Origin: Neodothiora populina
Taxonomy: Eukaryota
Length of the DNA: 64,000 bases
Reading direction: 5' to 3'
NCBI RefSeq assembly: GCF_041146345.1
Contig: NW_027191402.1
Location: 744,001 to 808,000, forward strand
Shown here: in pieces, positions 12,210-24,809 of the stretch
Layout: each line of letters opens with the position of its first letter
Numbering within the stretch: position 1 is the stretch's first letter
Program-made: the position numbers and the translations under genes
Notes under the pieces: model-generated
The model's input: the letters and a program-made list of their open reading frames with translations, nothing else
Database searches by the model: none
What the model was told of the DNA's origin: nothing

Positions 12210-13978
12210 ATGAGCGCAAAAACGTCGCAGACTGTGCGTCCGTTACTGCGATCCATTCAAAAGACTTTTGCCAGGTCTACAGCAGGAGACGGGTTTGTCT
12301 GCTCGCAATGTCGGTATAGAGGACTCTCTGCTTGGGACAAGCAAGCGTCGAGACAATATGACCATGCACGATTGAGTAACAAGGGCCAATGGACCCGGAG
12401 CTGGTCTTCTTTCGCTGCGAGGCAGTCTCCAAGCGAGAGAGACAAGCCGTCCGATCTCTTTCACATGCCACCGCCAGCAAGTCATGTCGAAGACGTAGGA
12501 CCAGATGATAGCCTTCGCAAGCCTCCTCCATCTAGTCATGCAGAGGCAGATTCTTCAGCCTCGTCCGCTAGAGCTGCTGAGAGTATAGCGATGCCACCGC
12601 CGACGTCAGAACAGAACCAACAGCCAGAGCTACCCTCGGACTCCATTCCAGACATCCCCCCAACCAGGCCGTCTCCCGTCGGGGAGCCTTCGATGAACAA
12701 GCATCCAGAACCAATCGAGTCGCCTCCGGATCCACTGGAGACTCCTGCGTCCCAAGCAGAGCCACGATCGATTCCTAGCGGGGATGCTGGGCATGTATTT
12801 ACGTCATCACCCGCGAAGAACTTGCCATCGGATACCGAGAAGGGCAGATGGCAATTGTCCAAGAACATGCAGGCGTGGATGGATGATTTCCTTGCCAAGG
12901 CTGCCATCTTCAGTCAACAATTGAACACGTACACGGGCACAGACTACTCAGGAATTGTCTCATTGCGACAGGAGATTATTGAGCAAGGTGAGTTTGCCAT
13001 TGGATCGTAGTGAAGCAGTAGACTTTAACATTTCGGACAGAGCGAGACGTCAAGAAACGCCATGCAGCGATTGCAACGGCCAAGGAGGCATACTCACAGG
13101 CGCAAATGGCACAGACTGCCTCTCAGAAAGAAGTGGTCGGTCTTCTCGAACGCAAACACTCTTGGTCCGCTGGTGATCTCGAACGATACATGTCTCTGAT
13201 CCGCTCTGAACACTTGAACGAGCAAGCCGTGCAGCGAGCCAAGGAAGAATTGGCATCGGCTGAGCGAAGCCTCGAGGACGCTCGGAGTACGCTCGAAAGA
13301 AAAGAGAGGAAACAGTATCACGAAGAGCAGATTTGGAGTGACACAATCAGGAGAAACAGCACCTGGGTAACATTTGGGCTGATGGGTTTGAATATCGTCT
13401 TACTGCTGGCCAATTTGGCCATCATCGAACCCTGGAGGAGAAGAAGACTGGTCAAGGAAGTCAGAACTGCCCTGGAAGAGAACTCCATCGCGACGACAGC
13501 ATCAATCACTGCGGCAACCGCTCAAGCTCCTACTGCAAAGCAGATGGTTGAGGAGCAAGTAGAGGAGGTCATGGAGTTTGCGGGTTCCGCGTTGGAGAAG
13601 GTGGAGGAGAGGGTGGAGGACCTGGGGCAGTCTGCGCTAGAGGCTGTGGTGGCAATTGACGATGAAGAAGCTCCCGTCGGCGAGACAACCTTGGCAGCAG
13701 GAGAAGTCCTGCCCGATGAAGCTGTCGAAGTGGTCCCGAGCGACACAGTCGAGTCAGCCATCGAGGAGGTTCCAGAGCCGCCAAAGGCATTCAACCTGCA
13801 GACACTGCAGAAGGACGTGAAGAAAGGATGGGAACAACTGCGGGCTGTTGTACTGGACATGTTTTCTGAGAGAGTTGTCACTCTCAAGAAAGTGGACGTG
13901 ACAACGGTAGCTCTCGAGGGCGCCGCTGCAGGTATCGCAGTTATGGGTTTCTTGGTGTTGATATTCAACCCACGATGA
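12210..13978 (+). CDS. SHE9: Mitochondrial inner-membrane protein She9/Mdm33; exons 12210-12987, 13041-13978
   Basis: LNTYTGTDYSGI, SQKEVVGLLERKHSWS, QYHEEQIWSDTIRRNSTWVTFGLMGLN, EPWRRRRLV motifs; two TM segments. Confidence 0.93.
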
Positions 13979-14064
13979 GGTAGATGATTTCAATCTTCTG
14001 GAAGGAAAGAAGAGAGAACTGAAGTTGTAACATATTGTAAATTATATCCCGAAAGTGCTCGTCC

Positions 14065-14862
14065 TCATTGAAACTCTCCGAACTCGCCATCGTCAAACCC
14101 GAGATCCTGCGCTGATGGCTGAGCTGCAGCGGGTGAGGGAGTTCTATTCGCTGTCGCTCTGGCCGGAGGTGGAGGAGGAGCCAGCGAAGCGAAAGCTGCA
14201 TCCTGTCCTGGAGGCGGAGGAGGTTTAAGAGAGAACAGAGCGGCGCCATCTTCCTCTTCGTCTCTCTTCTCCTCTCTGATCCGCCTTCCTCGACCGCCAA
14301 TGTTGACCGTGATGCTCTCTCCTTCCTTTAAACTAAAGTCCTGTTTCGGCTGGTCCCCAGCATCGCTGCCAGAGGCGCTGCTGCCTGCTCGTTGTCCCGA
14401 GGTGCTGGCGGGGTCCATACCCAGAACCTTCCTCACCTCGGACAAGGTAATACTGAAGTCGAATGCATCACTGCGCTCCTCGAATCCCATACCCAGAGTA
14501 GCTTTCATTCCACCCTCTCCCACTACACGCACAGCAAAGAACCTCGAGCTGTCAAGGGCTTGTTGCAGCACAGCAGGAGCGGTGTAAGGAGCTGCGGCAA
14601 AAAGATCTCCAGTGGAGGGATCTTCAAGGACAATGTCGGCCTTTATCGTTGAATTGAGGGAAGTCTCGATGATTCTGACGCGGGCGGTGAAGATCTGTTG
14701 CGCCGTGGGTCGTGGGGGAGCTGTCCATGATGTGGCAGTGAAGCCTTTGGTGCTGGTGAGGGGCGGGATCTGGTAGACGTGGACCCGGGGACACACGAAT
14801 AGAACTCGTTGGATTGCAGACTCCGACAGAGATTGACCGGTAGCCGGATCAATGGTAGTCAT
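14065..14862 (-). CDS. Adaptin ear-binding coat-associated protein (NECAP/DUF1681)
   Basis: VHVYQIPP, TGDLFAAAPY, DSSRFFAVRV, LGMGFEERSDAFDF, DFSLKEGESITVNIG; C-terminal DDGEFGEFQ acidic-Phe adaptor-ear motif. Confidence 0.93.
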   Translation of the reverse strand: MTTIDPATGQSLSESAIQRVLFVCPRVHVYQIPPLTSTKGFTATSWTAPPRPTAQQIFTARVRIIETSLNSTIKADIVLEDPSTGDLFAAAPYTAPAVLQQALDSSRFFAVRVVGEGGMKATLGMGFEERSDAFDFSITLSEVRKVLGMDPASTSGQRAGSSASGSDAGDQPKQDFSLKEGESITVNIGGRGRRIREEKRDEEEDGAALFSLKPPPPPGQDAAFASLAPPPPPARATANRTPSPAAAQPSAQDLGFDDGEFGEFQ

Positions 14863-16083
14863 TTTGTTTTGATCTTATGATAGCGACACAAAGATGAAAC
14901 AGGCGTGTTTCTTTGTTCGATAGAGCTTCAGTGTCCCACAATCCATTATCAATGGACCCATCAATGGACCCCAGCCGTTGATCTTGCGATGTTCAGGGTC
15001 CTCGCGGGTCATTTGTGCATGTGAGCCACTCAAGCTCGAGCCAGCAGTTCGTGCATTATTCACTTCCCACAAGGTACAGGACTGTACATCTTGTACTCTG
15101 GAAATACTCTCTAGTAATTACTCCTAACTTCAAGTGTGACAGAGGCACATTCACAGAAATCAAGAATGTAAGGTAGGCTTCGCCTAGACGCAATCTGGAA
15201 TCAGTCGAGATCTGGCAACTAGATATGGCACTAGCAATATGCACATTTCCATCACAACAGGTCCGGCCGGCACTTTGATGGATGGCATGATTTATCACTG
15301 GATAGTGCTTCGCTATCCGCATGAAGAGATCAAAACACAGCGGAAAGAATGCATCCAGCACACGGATCTTCATGCCTCACGTCGTCCCGCAAGCACATGG
15401 TGTCGCCCTGGCTGACTGCGGTCCATCTCTTGACCATGCCCACAGTACGCGGACTGGTGGTTCTGCCACTTTCATCGTCGACGCCATTCAGAGAAGCTCA
15501 GACTTCGTGACTGTATACAGGCCATTGCGGCCGACCCTGTCGCTAATGTGTGAATAGAAGCCTAGAACAGGTACAGTCGATGGGCGGTGTCTCCCGCAGG
15601 CATCGATCTCGTATTGACAGATTAAAGTGCATGAAGCTATGACAACAGTGCTAGCTACACTATGTTCTAAAGCTGCAGGTCTGTTGATTTCCTCGAAGCG
15701 CCATCGAAGCTTTTTCACTTCTTGTCACTGCTGCTTATGGCAAATGCAGATACGCTTTTTACTACCCACGAGCCGTTCCATCATGTCCAGGTGATCCCTG
15801 TGTTTCCACGCTGAGCAGTTGGTAGATCAACGACAAGAACAATTCCATAACTGAGATGGGTTTCGTAATCACATGCGTCCGAGGTCTGTCCGAATATACA
15901 AGCAGGCAGATGTAATCGAGGTAAACTCTAAACTCGGACTAAACTCCTGTAATTATGACGCCTGCCATGTCCCAGACAATACGAGATCGGACCCTGGCCA
16001 GACGAAGTTGAGGCTCACGAGCACACACACGGTGACAGCATGTACAACGATGGTGCACAGCAGGACTTTGTGGCCTGATGCAC

Positions 16084-16231
16084 GTGGGGAAAGGAGAGAA
16101 TTGATCTTGCATAAGGTATGTCTTTGGTGCAGAGCAAAGAAGTTTGGGGTATCTCCATATGGATCTCGGCCTGCCCGTGTGGAGGATAAGCGTCACCCCG
16201 CCGTTGATTTCACGGACCCACGGGGCTCCGC
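16084..16231. promoter_or_regulatory. Cluster of four CreA/Cre1 consensus sites (SYGGRG) upstream of xlnR
   Basis: GTGGGG 16084, GTGGAG 16179, CCCCGC 16196, CTCCGC 16226; CreA repression of xlnR is established in Aspergillus. Confidence 0.5.
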
Positions 16232-16425
16232 GCACCCGCACATCTGGCCAGCCTGCACGGAAAGTCTCACTTCCTTTGCCATGTTTGCATTCATCTGAGT
16301 GGTCTTCGGTCTTGATTATACGAGCACTTGGCCCATCTCACATGGGCGTCCTTGAAAAGTGTATGCTGGTCCATGAGTGAGACTGTCATCACGCATGAGG
16401 TTTGCGCCGACTTGGACCACCGACC

Positions 16426-19400
16426 ATGCTGTCTTCAGGCCATCAATATCAATCCCGATCTAGCCAGTCTGGCGATAGAAGAAACATGATGACACAACTC
16501 GATAACATGGATCCGTCACAGCGACAGTTGACAGGCTTGGACGCCCTCGCCCAGGGATCCCACTATGCGCTTCAACAACTGCATGACGCTGCAGTTTTCA
16601 AGTCTGGTCTAGAGAATACACGCGATAGAGAGTCGCGCAGCGTTGAAGACGACGGCAACAACGCCGACAAGACAGAGGATGGAAGCGCAAAGACCAAAGA
16701 AAAATCAGACAGTTCTCTTGTGCGGCGAAGGATCAGTCGAGCCTGTGATCAATGCAACCAGCTGAGAACCAAATGTGATGGTAAAAACCCTTGCGCTCAT
16801 TGCGTTGGTGAGTCTGGGTGTTTTTCGCAGTCCGCGGCACGTCATAATTGCTGATAGTAAGCAGAATTTGGGCTTGCTTGCGAATACAACAGAGAGAAGA
16901 AGAAGCGTGGCAAAGCATCGCGTCGCGAACTTGAGAGGCAAAAGCAAACGTCGTCTTCCGCAGACCAAGGCAGACAAGAGAGTCCACCTTCAGTCACCGA
17001 GCGCGGCACAGGCAGTGTCGATGCACGCGATACAGCAGGCACAAGCAAACCGGCGCTGAAGAGGCAAAAGCATAGCCACTACCGCGACGCTAATACACTG
17101 CACGACCGCTCACAGGATACCGTAGGCCAAGAGATGGTGAACAGCAGCGGGACTCGCTTACCTCCAATCTCGCGTGCTGCTCCGTTAATGAACCAGCACA
17201 CGAGAGATGCTTTCACAAGGGACGGCTACCCTACTACGCAGATGGCCCTTGCCAGTCAAACCGGCGTCAACATGCTTCCCAATCCCCGTCTACCGCTGAA
17301 CGGCTTGCACGACCGCAGTGGGTCCATAGGCGCAGCTGAATATGGAGGTTCTATCGACGACTACCACCGACAGACGATGAACCAGAACGGGCATGCTCTT
17401 CTTCATGGAGGACTGCATCCTGCCATAGGTACACCTACTGGCGTCATGCATTACGGAGATTCGCCGTACAACTCTGGTCACAGTCCCCACAGCCAAAATG
17501 GCCTCGGCGCTTTCAGACTGGGTGAATCTCCCGTGTCAGGTGGACAAAATCACAATTTCTTTGGCGCTTCTCCAAACGCTGGCTCTCCTGCCTGGATACA
17601 ATTGCCCTCTCCGTCGGCCGCGTTGTATACTAGCATCAACACACAGGCACCGAGTCAGCATCTCAGATACCCGGTTTTGAAGCCCATATTGCCTAGGATA
17701 TCTGCAATTATTCCTCCAAGTCTTGCCTGTGATCTGCTCGAGCTTTATTTTGCAAGTTCGTACAGTTCTTTTGTACAGCCCGAATCGCCTTACGTTCTAG
17801 GATTCCTTTTCAGGAAGCGGTCTTTTATGCGACAGTATAGTCCGCGACACTGCAGCCCTGCCTTGTTGGCAAGCATGCTCTGGGTGGCAGCCCAGACGAG
17901 TGAATCGTCTTTTCTTACATCTCCACCATCAGCACGGGGCAGGATTTGTCAGCAATTGTTAGAGCTGACTATAAGTCTCCTGAGACCGCTTATCCACACC
18001 CCAGCCGAGGGCGTATCTTCACAGAGCATGAATCCTGTCATCAACGGTGTAGCTTTAGGTGGATTCGGCGTTGCTTTGCAAACTGCCAGGCACGACAACG
18101 AAAGCGGCACCATGGGTGCGACTGGCGCGCTCGACGATGTGGCCACTTATGTTAATCTGGCCACTGTTGTTTCTGCGAGTGAATACAAAGGAGCGAGTCT
18201 GCGATGGTGGAATGCTGCTTGGTCCCTGGCTAGAGAATTGAAGCTGGGCAGAGAGTTGCCCCCCAACCCTGAAACGCCCTTGCACGCCGACGAAGGCACA
18301 AACGAGGACGGCTCTGCAGCGGTTGACATCAGCATGCATGCGCAACAGCGACGTGTGAGCCCGCCAGGAACCGTTTCTGAAGAAGAAAGAGAAGAACGTC
18401 GTAGAATATGGTGGCTGCTTTATATTGTTGATCGACACTTAGCGCTGTGCTACAACCGTCCGCTCTTCCTTCTCGATGCCGAATGCGAAGGTCTGCTGCA
18501 ACCCGAGGATGACTCGGCCTTCCAGGCAGGCGAGTATTATCCGCTTGATAAACGACAAGAAAACTTCTTCCGGCAGAGAGGGCCTGGTTTCGAGTGTGTA
18601 GGCCATGGTATCTTTGGCTACTTTCTACCACTCATGACCATCCTTGGCGAGATTGTTGATCTGAATCATGCGCGCAATCATCCACGTTTTGGAGTGCGTC
18701 TTCGAAGCGGGTCCGATCTCGATGATATGCAGCATGAAATCAGCCTTCAATTGGACGCTTATGAACGAAGCTTGGAGGTGTTCAGAGCACGACATGCCCC
18801 CGGAGAGAAGCCGAACGGTAATCCAGACGACAAAGCAAGTCCTGCGTCGAGCACGAGTAACAATCGAATGACGGAACCGGTGCTTCTCACCAAGATACTG
18901 GTTGCTTATGGCACACATCTCCTGCACACTCTGCATATCTTGTTGAACGGCAAATGGGACCCTATCAACATGATTGATGATAACGACCTGTGGATCTCGT
19001 CGCAGTCCTTCATTTCTGCGACCGCTCATGCTGTGTCTGCCGCCGAAGCGATCAGTGGAATACTCGACTATGACCCAGATCTCAGCTTCATGCCTTTCTT
19101 TTTTGGTATATACTTGCTCCAGGGCAGTTTCTTACTTCTCTTGATTGCAGACAAACTGCAGGGTGAAGCCAGCCCATCTGTGATTAGAGCATGTGAGGCG
19201 ATTGTGAGAGCGCACGAGGTTTGCGTTGTGACGTTGAATACTGAGTATCAGGTATTGTTTCCTGCCTCCTCTTGTTTTACCCTCTGAGAGATCGTACTGA
19301 TATGTTTCGACAGCGTAACTTCCGCAAGGTCATGCGATCCGCACTGCAACAAGTCCGAGGTCGAACGATTGAGGACCCTGTCGAACAGCAGCAACGAAGA

Positions 19401-19457
19401 CGAGAGGTGCTCGCACTGTACAGATGGTGTGGCGATGGCACCGGCCTCGCTCTATGA
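16426..19457 (+). CDS. xlnR: Xylanolytic transcriptional activator XlnR/Xyr1 (Zn2Cys6); exons 16426-16807, 16865-19251, 19314-19457
   Basis: [20 protein letters not shown]...CAHC...CEY...[30 protein letters not shown]-terminal [19 protein letters not shown]. Confidence 0.97.
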
Positions 19458-21246
19458 AGCCATTGCACGAGAGACTTTGTCTATACATGTCGATATGAGC
19501 AAGGTCTGTTGTTACATGGACCTTGTCAATATTTTCTTTTCTCCTTTTTGTTGATGATGATTTCCTTATCTTTTTGCGGACTTGCAGCATATTCAGGTCG
19601 AGCCATATACCCTGGGGGGCTTTCTCATTTTATTGGCCGAGGCGGTCATGACAGAAGATGAGAGGAACGAACGAGTGGAACGAAGTTGGCAGCTTTCCGT
19701 CGCTTTTGCATCACACTCACGAATTGTATGATTATGTAGACAAGCAAATGAAGCAGGAAAAAGGCCTAAGAAACAGAAAGTGACACTTTGATCGAGAATC
19801 ACTGTTTTAACTGTGAGTGTAAATGATGTAGATGAACAACTGAAGAAGCGTGCCGAAACCGACTAGATTGATGGTAGAGCTTTGGTATGTTTGTACCTAC
19901 CTACTTTTTATTCCCATTACCTCCATTATCTTGTTTTCTCACCCCCTGTTTCCATTCTTTCTCTTCCGTTTCTTGCCACCAATATGCCTTTCCTGAAAAT
20001 ACTACTATCTCTCGCTTTATCTCGTTTAATCGCCCCCTGGAACTCGCTGCCCGAAAGACTTTCACCATCATCTCGCGCTGGGGTCGTATGAGCAAACTCG
20101 CACGACACCAAATTCTCGCCTGCACACATCCATGACCACACACAGATCTTGACAGACTGTATATTGACACCGAGCATTTCAAGTCATGCTAACTCCATGA
20201 ACAGCCCAGAGACACAGCTCATCCCGGCAAGTAACGCTACGCAAAAGATCATGCCACACATTACGAAAACGATTCACTTCCCGTAAGAACGTGCCGGCTC
20301 ACTTATTCACTTTGTGCGCTTGCTTCCCAGATGGAATCGGATGAGGGCAGTGTAGTTGCATGTGTGAAATGGGCTTAGGTGTGTCATCGAGCCAGGAGTA
20401 GACGGATGGATTGGAAGTGAGTTCTGCCTCCTGGTCTCTCATGATTTCTGTTCGAAAGTGATAGGCAAGCGCTACGCAGCAGTGAACATGGTCCTGAGCA
20501 TAGTCACTGTCTTGCCTAGAACATATGTTCCTAGTATAGTGGGAACGGCATGTTGCACTACCAGTCTGCCGCCGTGTGTTGAGTTTCTCATGAGTTGGAG
20601 CTAAGAGAAGTGATGAATTCGTTTCCACTCTCGTAGCCTACATGTCTATTAGAGTGTACTTCACTACACACCAGTATAGACAAACTATGGCCATGAGCAA
20701 TAAAACGAGTTGCCCCGTGTAGAGGAGAAAAAAGTATATTGCAACACAAATGCTCGGCAGTGGATTGTGTTCCTCACAAGTTAGATGCAAGAAAAGTGAT
20801 AAGTTCGTTGCGGGCGCCGAGCAACGCAATACACTTAAGCACTTGTGTACCTTAGCTATATAACCTGTCTTTCTCTGACCTTACTACAAGAATCATTACT
20901 TAGGTTGTACATTACTGCTCATACAGAAACATTCACCAAGCATTTTCGTTGAGTGAAAGCATTCGTGGTTGAACAGTTGATTTTCCACCAGAGCACTTCT
21001 TCAGCAGAATCATTCTGTTTGCTGTTCACGTTTACGATTCACTTGCGAGATTCAGACGAGTGAGGGGTCAGTGTTCTTCTTCACATAGAGAAGGAACACA
21101 GCACAGCGAATACCTATCCCAGAGCCACCGAGCATCCCCATCTTACTCCAATCTTCTCTGCACCGCATCCTCCACCACCATTACCCAGGGCGTCACCACG
21201 GTGACCACTACCACCACCACCACCGCCGCCGCCGCAGCCCCTGAGG

Positions 21247-22476
21247 ATGTGTGGCCGCAAGCACGCAAACGCGCGCACGCACTACGCAGGCGGCTATGGC
21301 TCTGCAGCGAGGTACGCACGCAGACACGGTGTGCAGGCAAACACCCGCACATCCATCTCCGGCAACAACATCGTCAACAGCAACACTGGGGGTTCTCCTG
21401 CTGCTGCTTCTGGAGCTCCTAGAGACGGGACCTATGGGGGAGGAGAGGCCCACGAGGGAGAGGAGGGCAGCTCAGAAGAGGAGAGCGACTACGACTCCGA
21501 CTGGGAGTCAGATTCCTCAGAAGCGTCTTTCGAGCCCCTGAGCAACGATCCGGAAGTCTACCGCCCTGGACGTATTGTCGTGAGAGTCGAGGCAGGTGTA
21601 GTGGTGCGTGATCGTGCGCCTGCTCAGGATGTCGTTGCTCCGATGCAAGCCCAGACATCTGCCACTGCTGGTGCTGCTTCAACCACTGCTCGTGCTGATG
21701 CTTCTGCTGCTCTGGAGCAGGGCACAGCAAGTCACCCGATCGTCATCGACGAGGACGTCGAGAGCAGTTCTTCCGCAGTGCCTGCATCTATGCCTGCTTC
21801 TGCTTCGGGAGAAAGCAAGAAAAGCAGAGTTTCTCCATCTTCTCAGTCACGGAGAAACGCAGTGAGGTCTTCACTTGCTCGCGCACAAGCCGCATCATAC
21901 GCGCTGGCAGCAAGAATGCAAGCTGGGGATCCGACCGGAATGGGCAGATCCAGGGGCGACAACAGCCGCAACGCCGGGGCTTCATTCAGAAGAAATACGG
22001 CGCGAAGGACCAGGACAGAACACAGCGAGCAGCAATCCGGCGGCAGAAACGGCGGCAGTGAGGAAAGAACGGAGCGTCTGCTGCTCGCATCGCCATTTAC
22101 TACCCCACGACCACTTCCTCATTCCCTTACCCTCCAGGAAAACAACGTCAGCACCAACACCAACACCAAAAAGCGTCCTTCCCCATCAGCAAACCTCGAT
22201 GTACAGACGCCCACAGAAAAGCGAAAAACGCCTTCACCAACCTTCACTAACAACCTCTACACATCCTACGCTCTGTCCCAGGAACGTGCGTCGTCAGCGT
22301 GGGCGCGGACTGTCACGTCACCATCGCCATCGAGAAGGTCCGGGGTGATGGTGACCAGCAGACGTGTTTCGGTAGCGGAAAGAAAGGAGGAGAGAGTGAG
22401 GAGTGAGGAGGAGGCAAGCGATGAGAGATATTATCGCGAGGCGAGACGCAGGCTGAGGAGGGCGAGGAGGGAGTGA
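21247..22476 (+). CDS. Hypothetical low-complexity, probably disordered protein (409 aa)
   Basis: Long ATG ORF; acidic block, Ala/Ser-rich middle, PIVIDED motif, Arg-rich C-terminus; TATA-like TATATAA near 20857; no family recognised. Confidence 0.55.
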   Translation: MCGRKHANARTHYAGGYGSAARYARRHGVQANTRTSISGNNIVNSNTGGSPAAASGAPRDGTYGGGEAHEGEEGSSEEESDYDSDWESDSSEASFEPLSNDPEVYRPGRIVVRVEAGVVVRDRAPAQDVVAPMQAQTSATAGAASTTARADASAALEQGTASHPIVIDEDVESSSSAVPASMPASASGESKKSRVSPSSQSRRNAVRSSLARAQAASYALAARMQAGDPTGMGRSRGDNSRNAGASFRRNTARRTRTEHSEQQSGGRNGGSEERTERLLLASPFTTPRPLPHSLTLQENNVSTNTNTKKRPSPSANLDVQTPTEKRKTPSPTFTNNLYTSYALSQERASSAWARTVTSPSPSRRSGVMVTSRRVSVAERKEERVRSEEEASDERYYREARRRLRRARRE

Positions 22477-23108
22477 GGTTTGATTCATTTTCATCTTCTG
22501 ATTCGAACTTGAACTTGGGCTGAGGTTGGAGTTGCGGTCGAACCTTCAGGGCTTTGACTTGGCTCGGAATTGATTTGGTTCGGTTTAGTCTGAAGGATGG
22601 GGCCTTGGATTCGGAGCATACTGCGTCATGGCAGGCTTTGGCGTTAATCTTTGGGTTCTTGTTGTTTTGATGAGATCGCCACGCGGCGTGGCTTCTACCT
22701 TCATCTGTACTTTTGATCAGATTGATACTCTATCGGTGTGACTATTAGCATCCACCGAAATCAACCTTTGAGCTTCATCAATGTTTCATGCATATCTAAT
22801 GACTCGACCCACTGAACTATCTTTTCAAGTCCATTATAGCTTTCATGTACAAGACTCGAAGTCAACTAATTGATTTCAACATCAGAGTCAAGCTTCATTA
22901 ATTCCGGCAAATGCATTAAACAGTAAAGAATTAATCAAATGTCATATTGCGAGGGGGTATCAATTTTTTGCCAAGTGTGAGGTAATAGTTAAAAGAAAAG
23001 CTGTTTTGAGCAAAATGTAAACACGTCCGAACCGAGTAAAAGGAACCACCAAATCACTCACTACATCTTCACCAGTGGCGTTTATCAACATGTAATTGGT
23101 GTCTGTCC

Positions 23109-24027
23109 CTACTCGCGTCCGGCAGTGTGCTGCCACCTACGCTCCAAAATCTCATCGACGAGATCCTTGGGCTCCGAGCCGTTCTCGCAATCAGTCCACT
23201 TGCCACCATCTCTGATGCAGTAGACCTTGTCGTCGACTCTGACGGTACAGCTCTTGGTGACGCCATTGTCTGCGCTTCTCTGTATGCTTTTCCTGAGCAT
23301 GCTGACGCCTCTTTCGCCGTCGTCGTCACTGACGCACTGGTTCAGCTTGCCAAAGTCCATGCCGTGCTCGAGGGCACAGTCCTGAAGAAGGTTCTCGGAG
23401 GGAATGTCGCTGTACTGGTTTGATAGACACATGGTGAAGCCGAGATATTGCTTTGGGTCCGGGTAGATGTGCGCGGCACAGAGCTCGACGATATTGCCGA
23501 GACATTCGGTCTGGCCATGCATACAGACAACTCCGTCATCGTGGTCAGTGGTACTAGAGAAAGTCAGGTCAGTCTAAATATTGACGCAAGAGCGGAGAAT
23601 GGAAATGCACTTACGATCCAATGTATGAAAGCTTGAAGTCCACCAATCCACTGACATTGACCATCGCAGGCAGGACCAAGTCGTGTAGACAATCTCTAGC
23701 GTCCGGGCACTTGCTCATGATGTGAGCCTCGAGCGGAACTCTGCGTGGCAAATACTCCTCGACGGCATCATCGTCCATCAAAGCGATACAGAAGATACTG
23801 GTGATAGGAAGCAAAGCGATGACTGCCAAGAGACCAAAGAAGAAGACCTTGAAGACCCGTCCTCGCGGCGTGCGAGCCCATGCTGATTGGTAAAGGCGCT
23901 GTGCGGCGAAGAGATCACGTTGTGCGGTTTGAGCGTTGATTCGCGCCTCTTCGACTCGGACGGAGAGATCCTGCAGCGTCGGCTCGACGACGTCTTGCTG
24001 TTGCTCGATCAGAGGCTGTTTCTCCAT
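23109..24027 (-). CDS. GILT-family (gamma-interferon-inducible lysosomal) thiol reductase, type II membrane-anchored; exons 24027-23615, 23553-23109
   Basis: VPLEAHIMSKCPDARDC (CxxA variant of CXXC), LSYIG, CMHGQTECLGN signature; one TM helix upstream. Confidence 0.9.
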
Positions 24028-24809
24028 CTTGATGTTTAGTTTTGGAGATGTGAATTGTGTGATGTTGTTTTCGAAAGATAGGAACAGGTGAAGTGTTGCC
24101 TTTTGACCCTCGAAGACTCCAGACGCCACCCAGGGTCCAGACATGTGGCTTGACCGCAAGAGGAAAGCCGCAAACCATGCGTCATTTGACGACTGCGCCA
24201 CATGACTTTTGACTCTCTTGGCATCAACTCGTCTACACTTCATCTCGTATAGTAACATAGTACGAGAAGTGCTTCCTTGACTTCAGTATCCTTTGAGGTA
24301 TCGTAAGGTAGTTCGCAAAGTGCCATGATATTCGACGCTGGCCCACGAAGACTCTACATGTTCGTGTGCACAAACACTACTATCGACAAGGGTGGGCTGA
24401 GTTCAGCCTTGCTCGAATACCTTAACAGGACACCGCAGCACTGCTAGCACTGTGTTTATAATCTACACGTATCTTTCCATCCACAAACAGCAGGCTGTAG
24501 ACCTATACCCTCCATTTGGTCTTATCTCGACGAATAATATTGTTTCCATGAAATGGTAGCCTACGAGTATCGCGTCCCGGACTTTGAGGCAGCAACCTCG
24601 AGGCCTCCACGGAGATATCGGACGTAGGTATATTCGGAAAGTCAAGATCATTCTTGGCCACCGCTTATACCGTAAGACGATCACGATTATATATATATGT
24701 GTGTGTAAGAAGTCCGCCAAGAAACAAGTGACTATCATCTCAAGCATCAGTTGCATATTGTCAAAATTCTGTCTGTAAAGCCGTTGTTATTATACTTCCC
24801 ACTACCGCC

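Noticed and set aside
14948..14971. 12-bp tandem duplication ATCAATGGACCC upstream of NECAP
   Set aside because: Two copies only; simple slippage, not an array
19000..19060. XlnR regulatory helix checked for constitutive-type substitutions
   Set aside because: HAVSAAEA retains the wild-type Val and Ala
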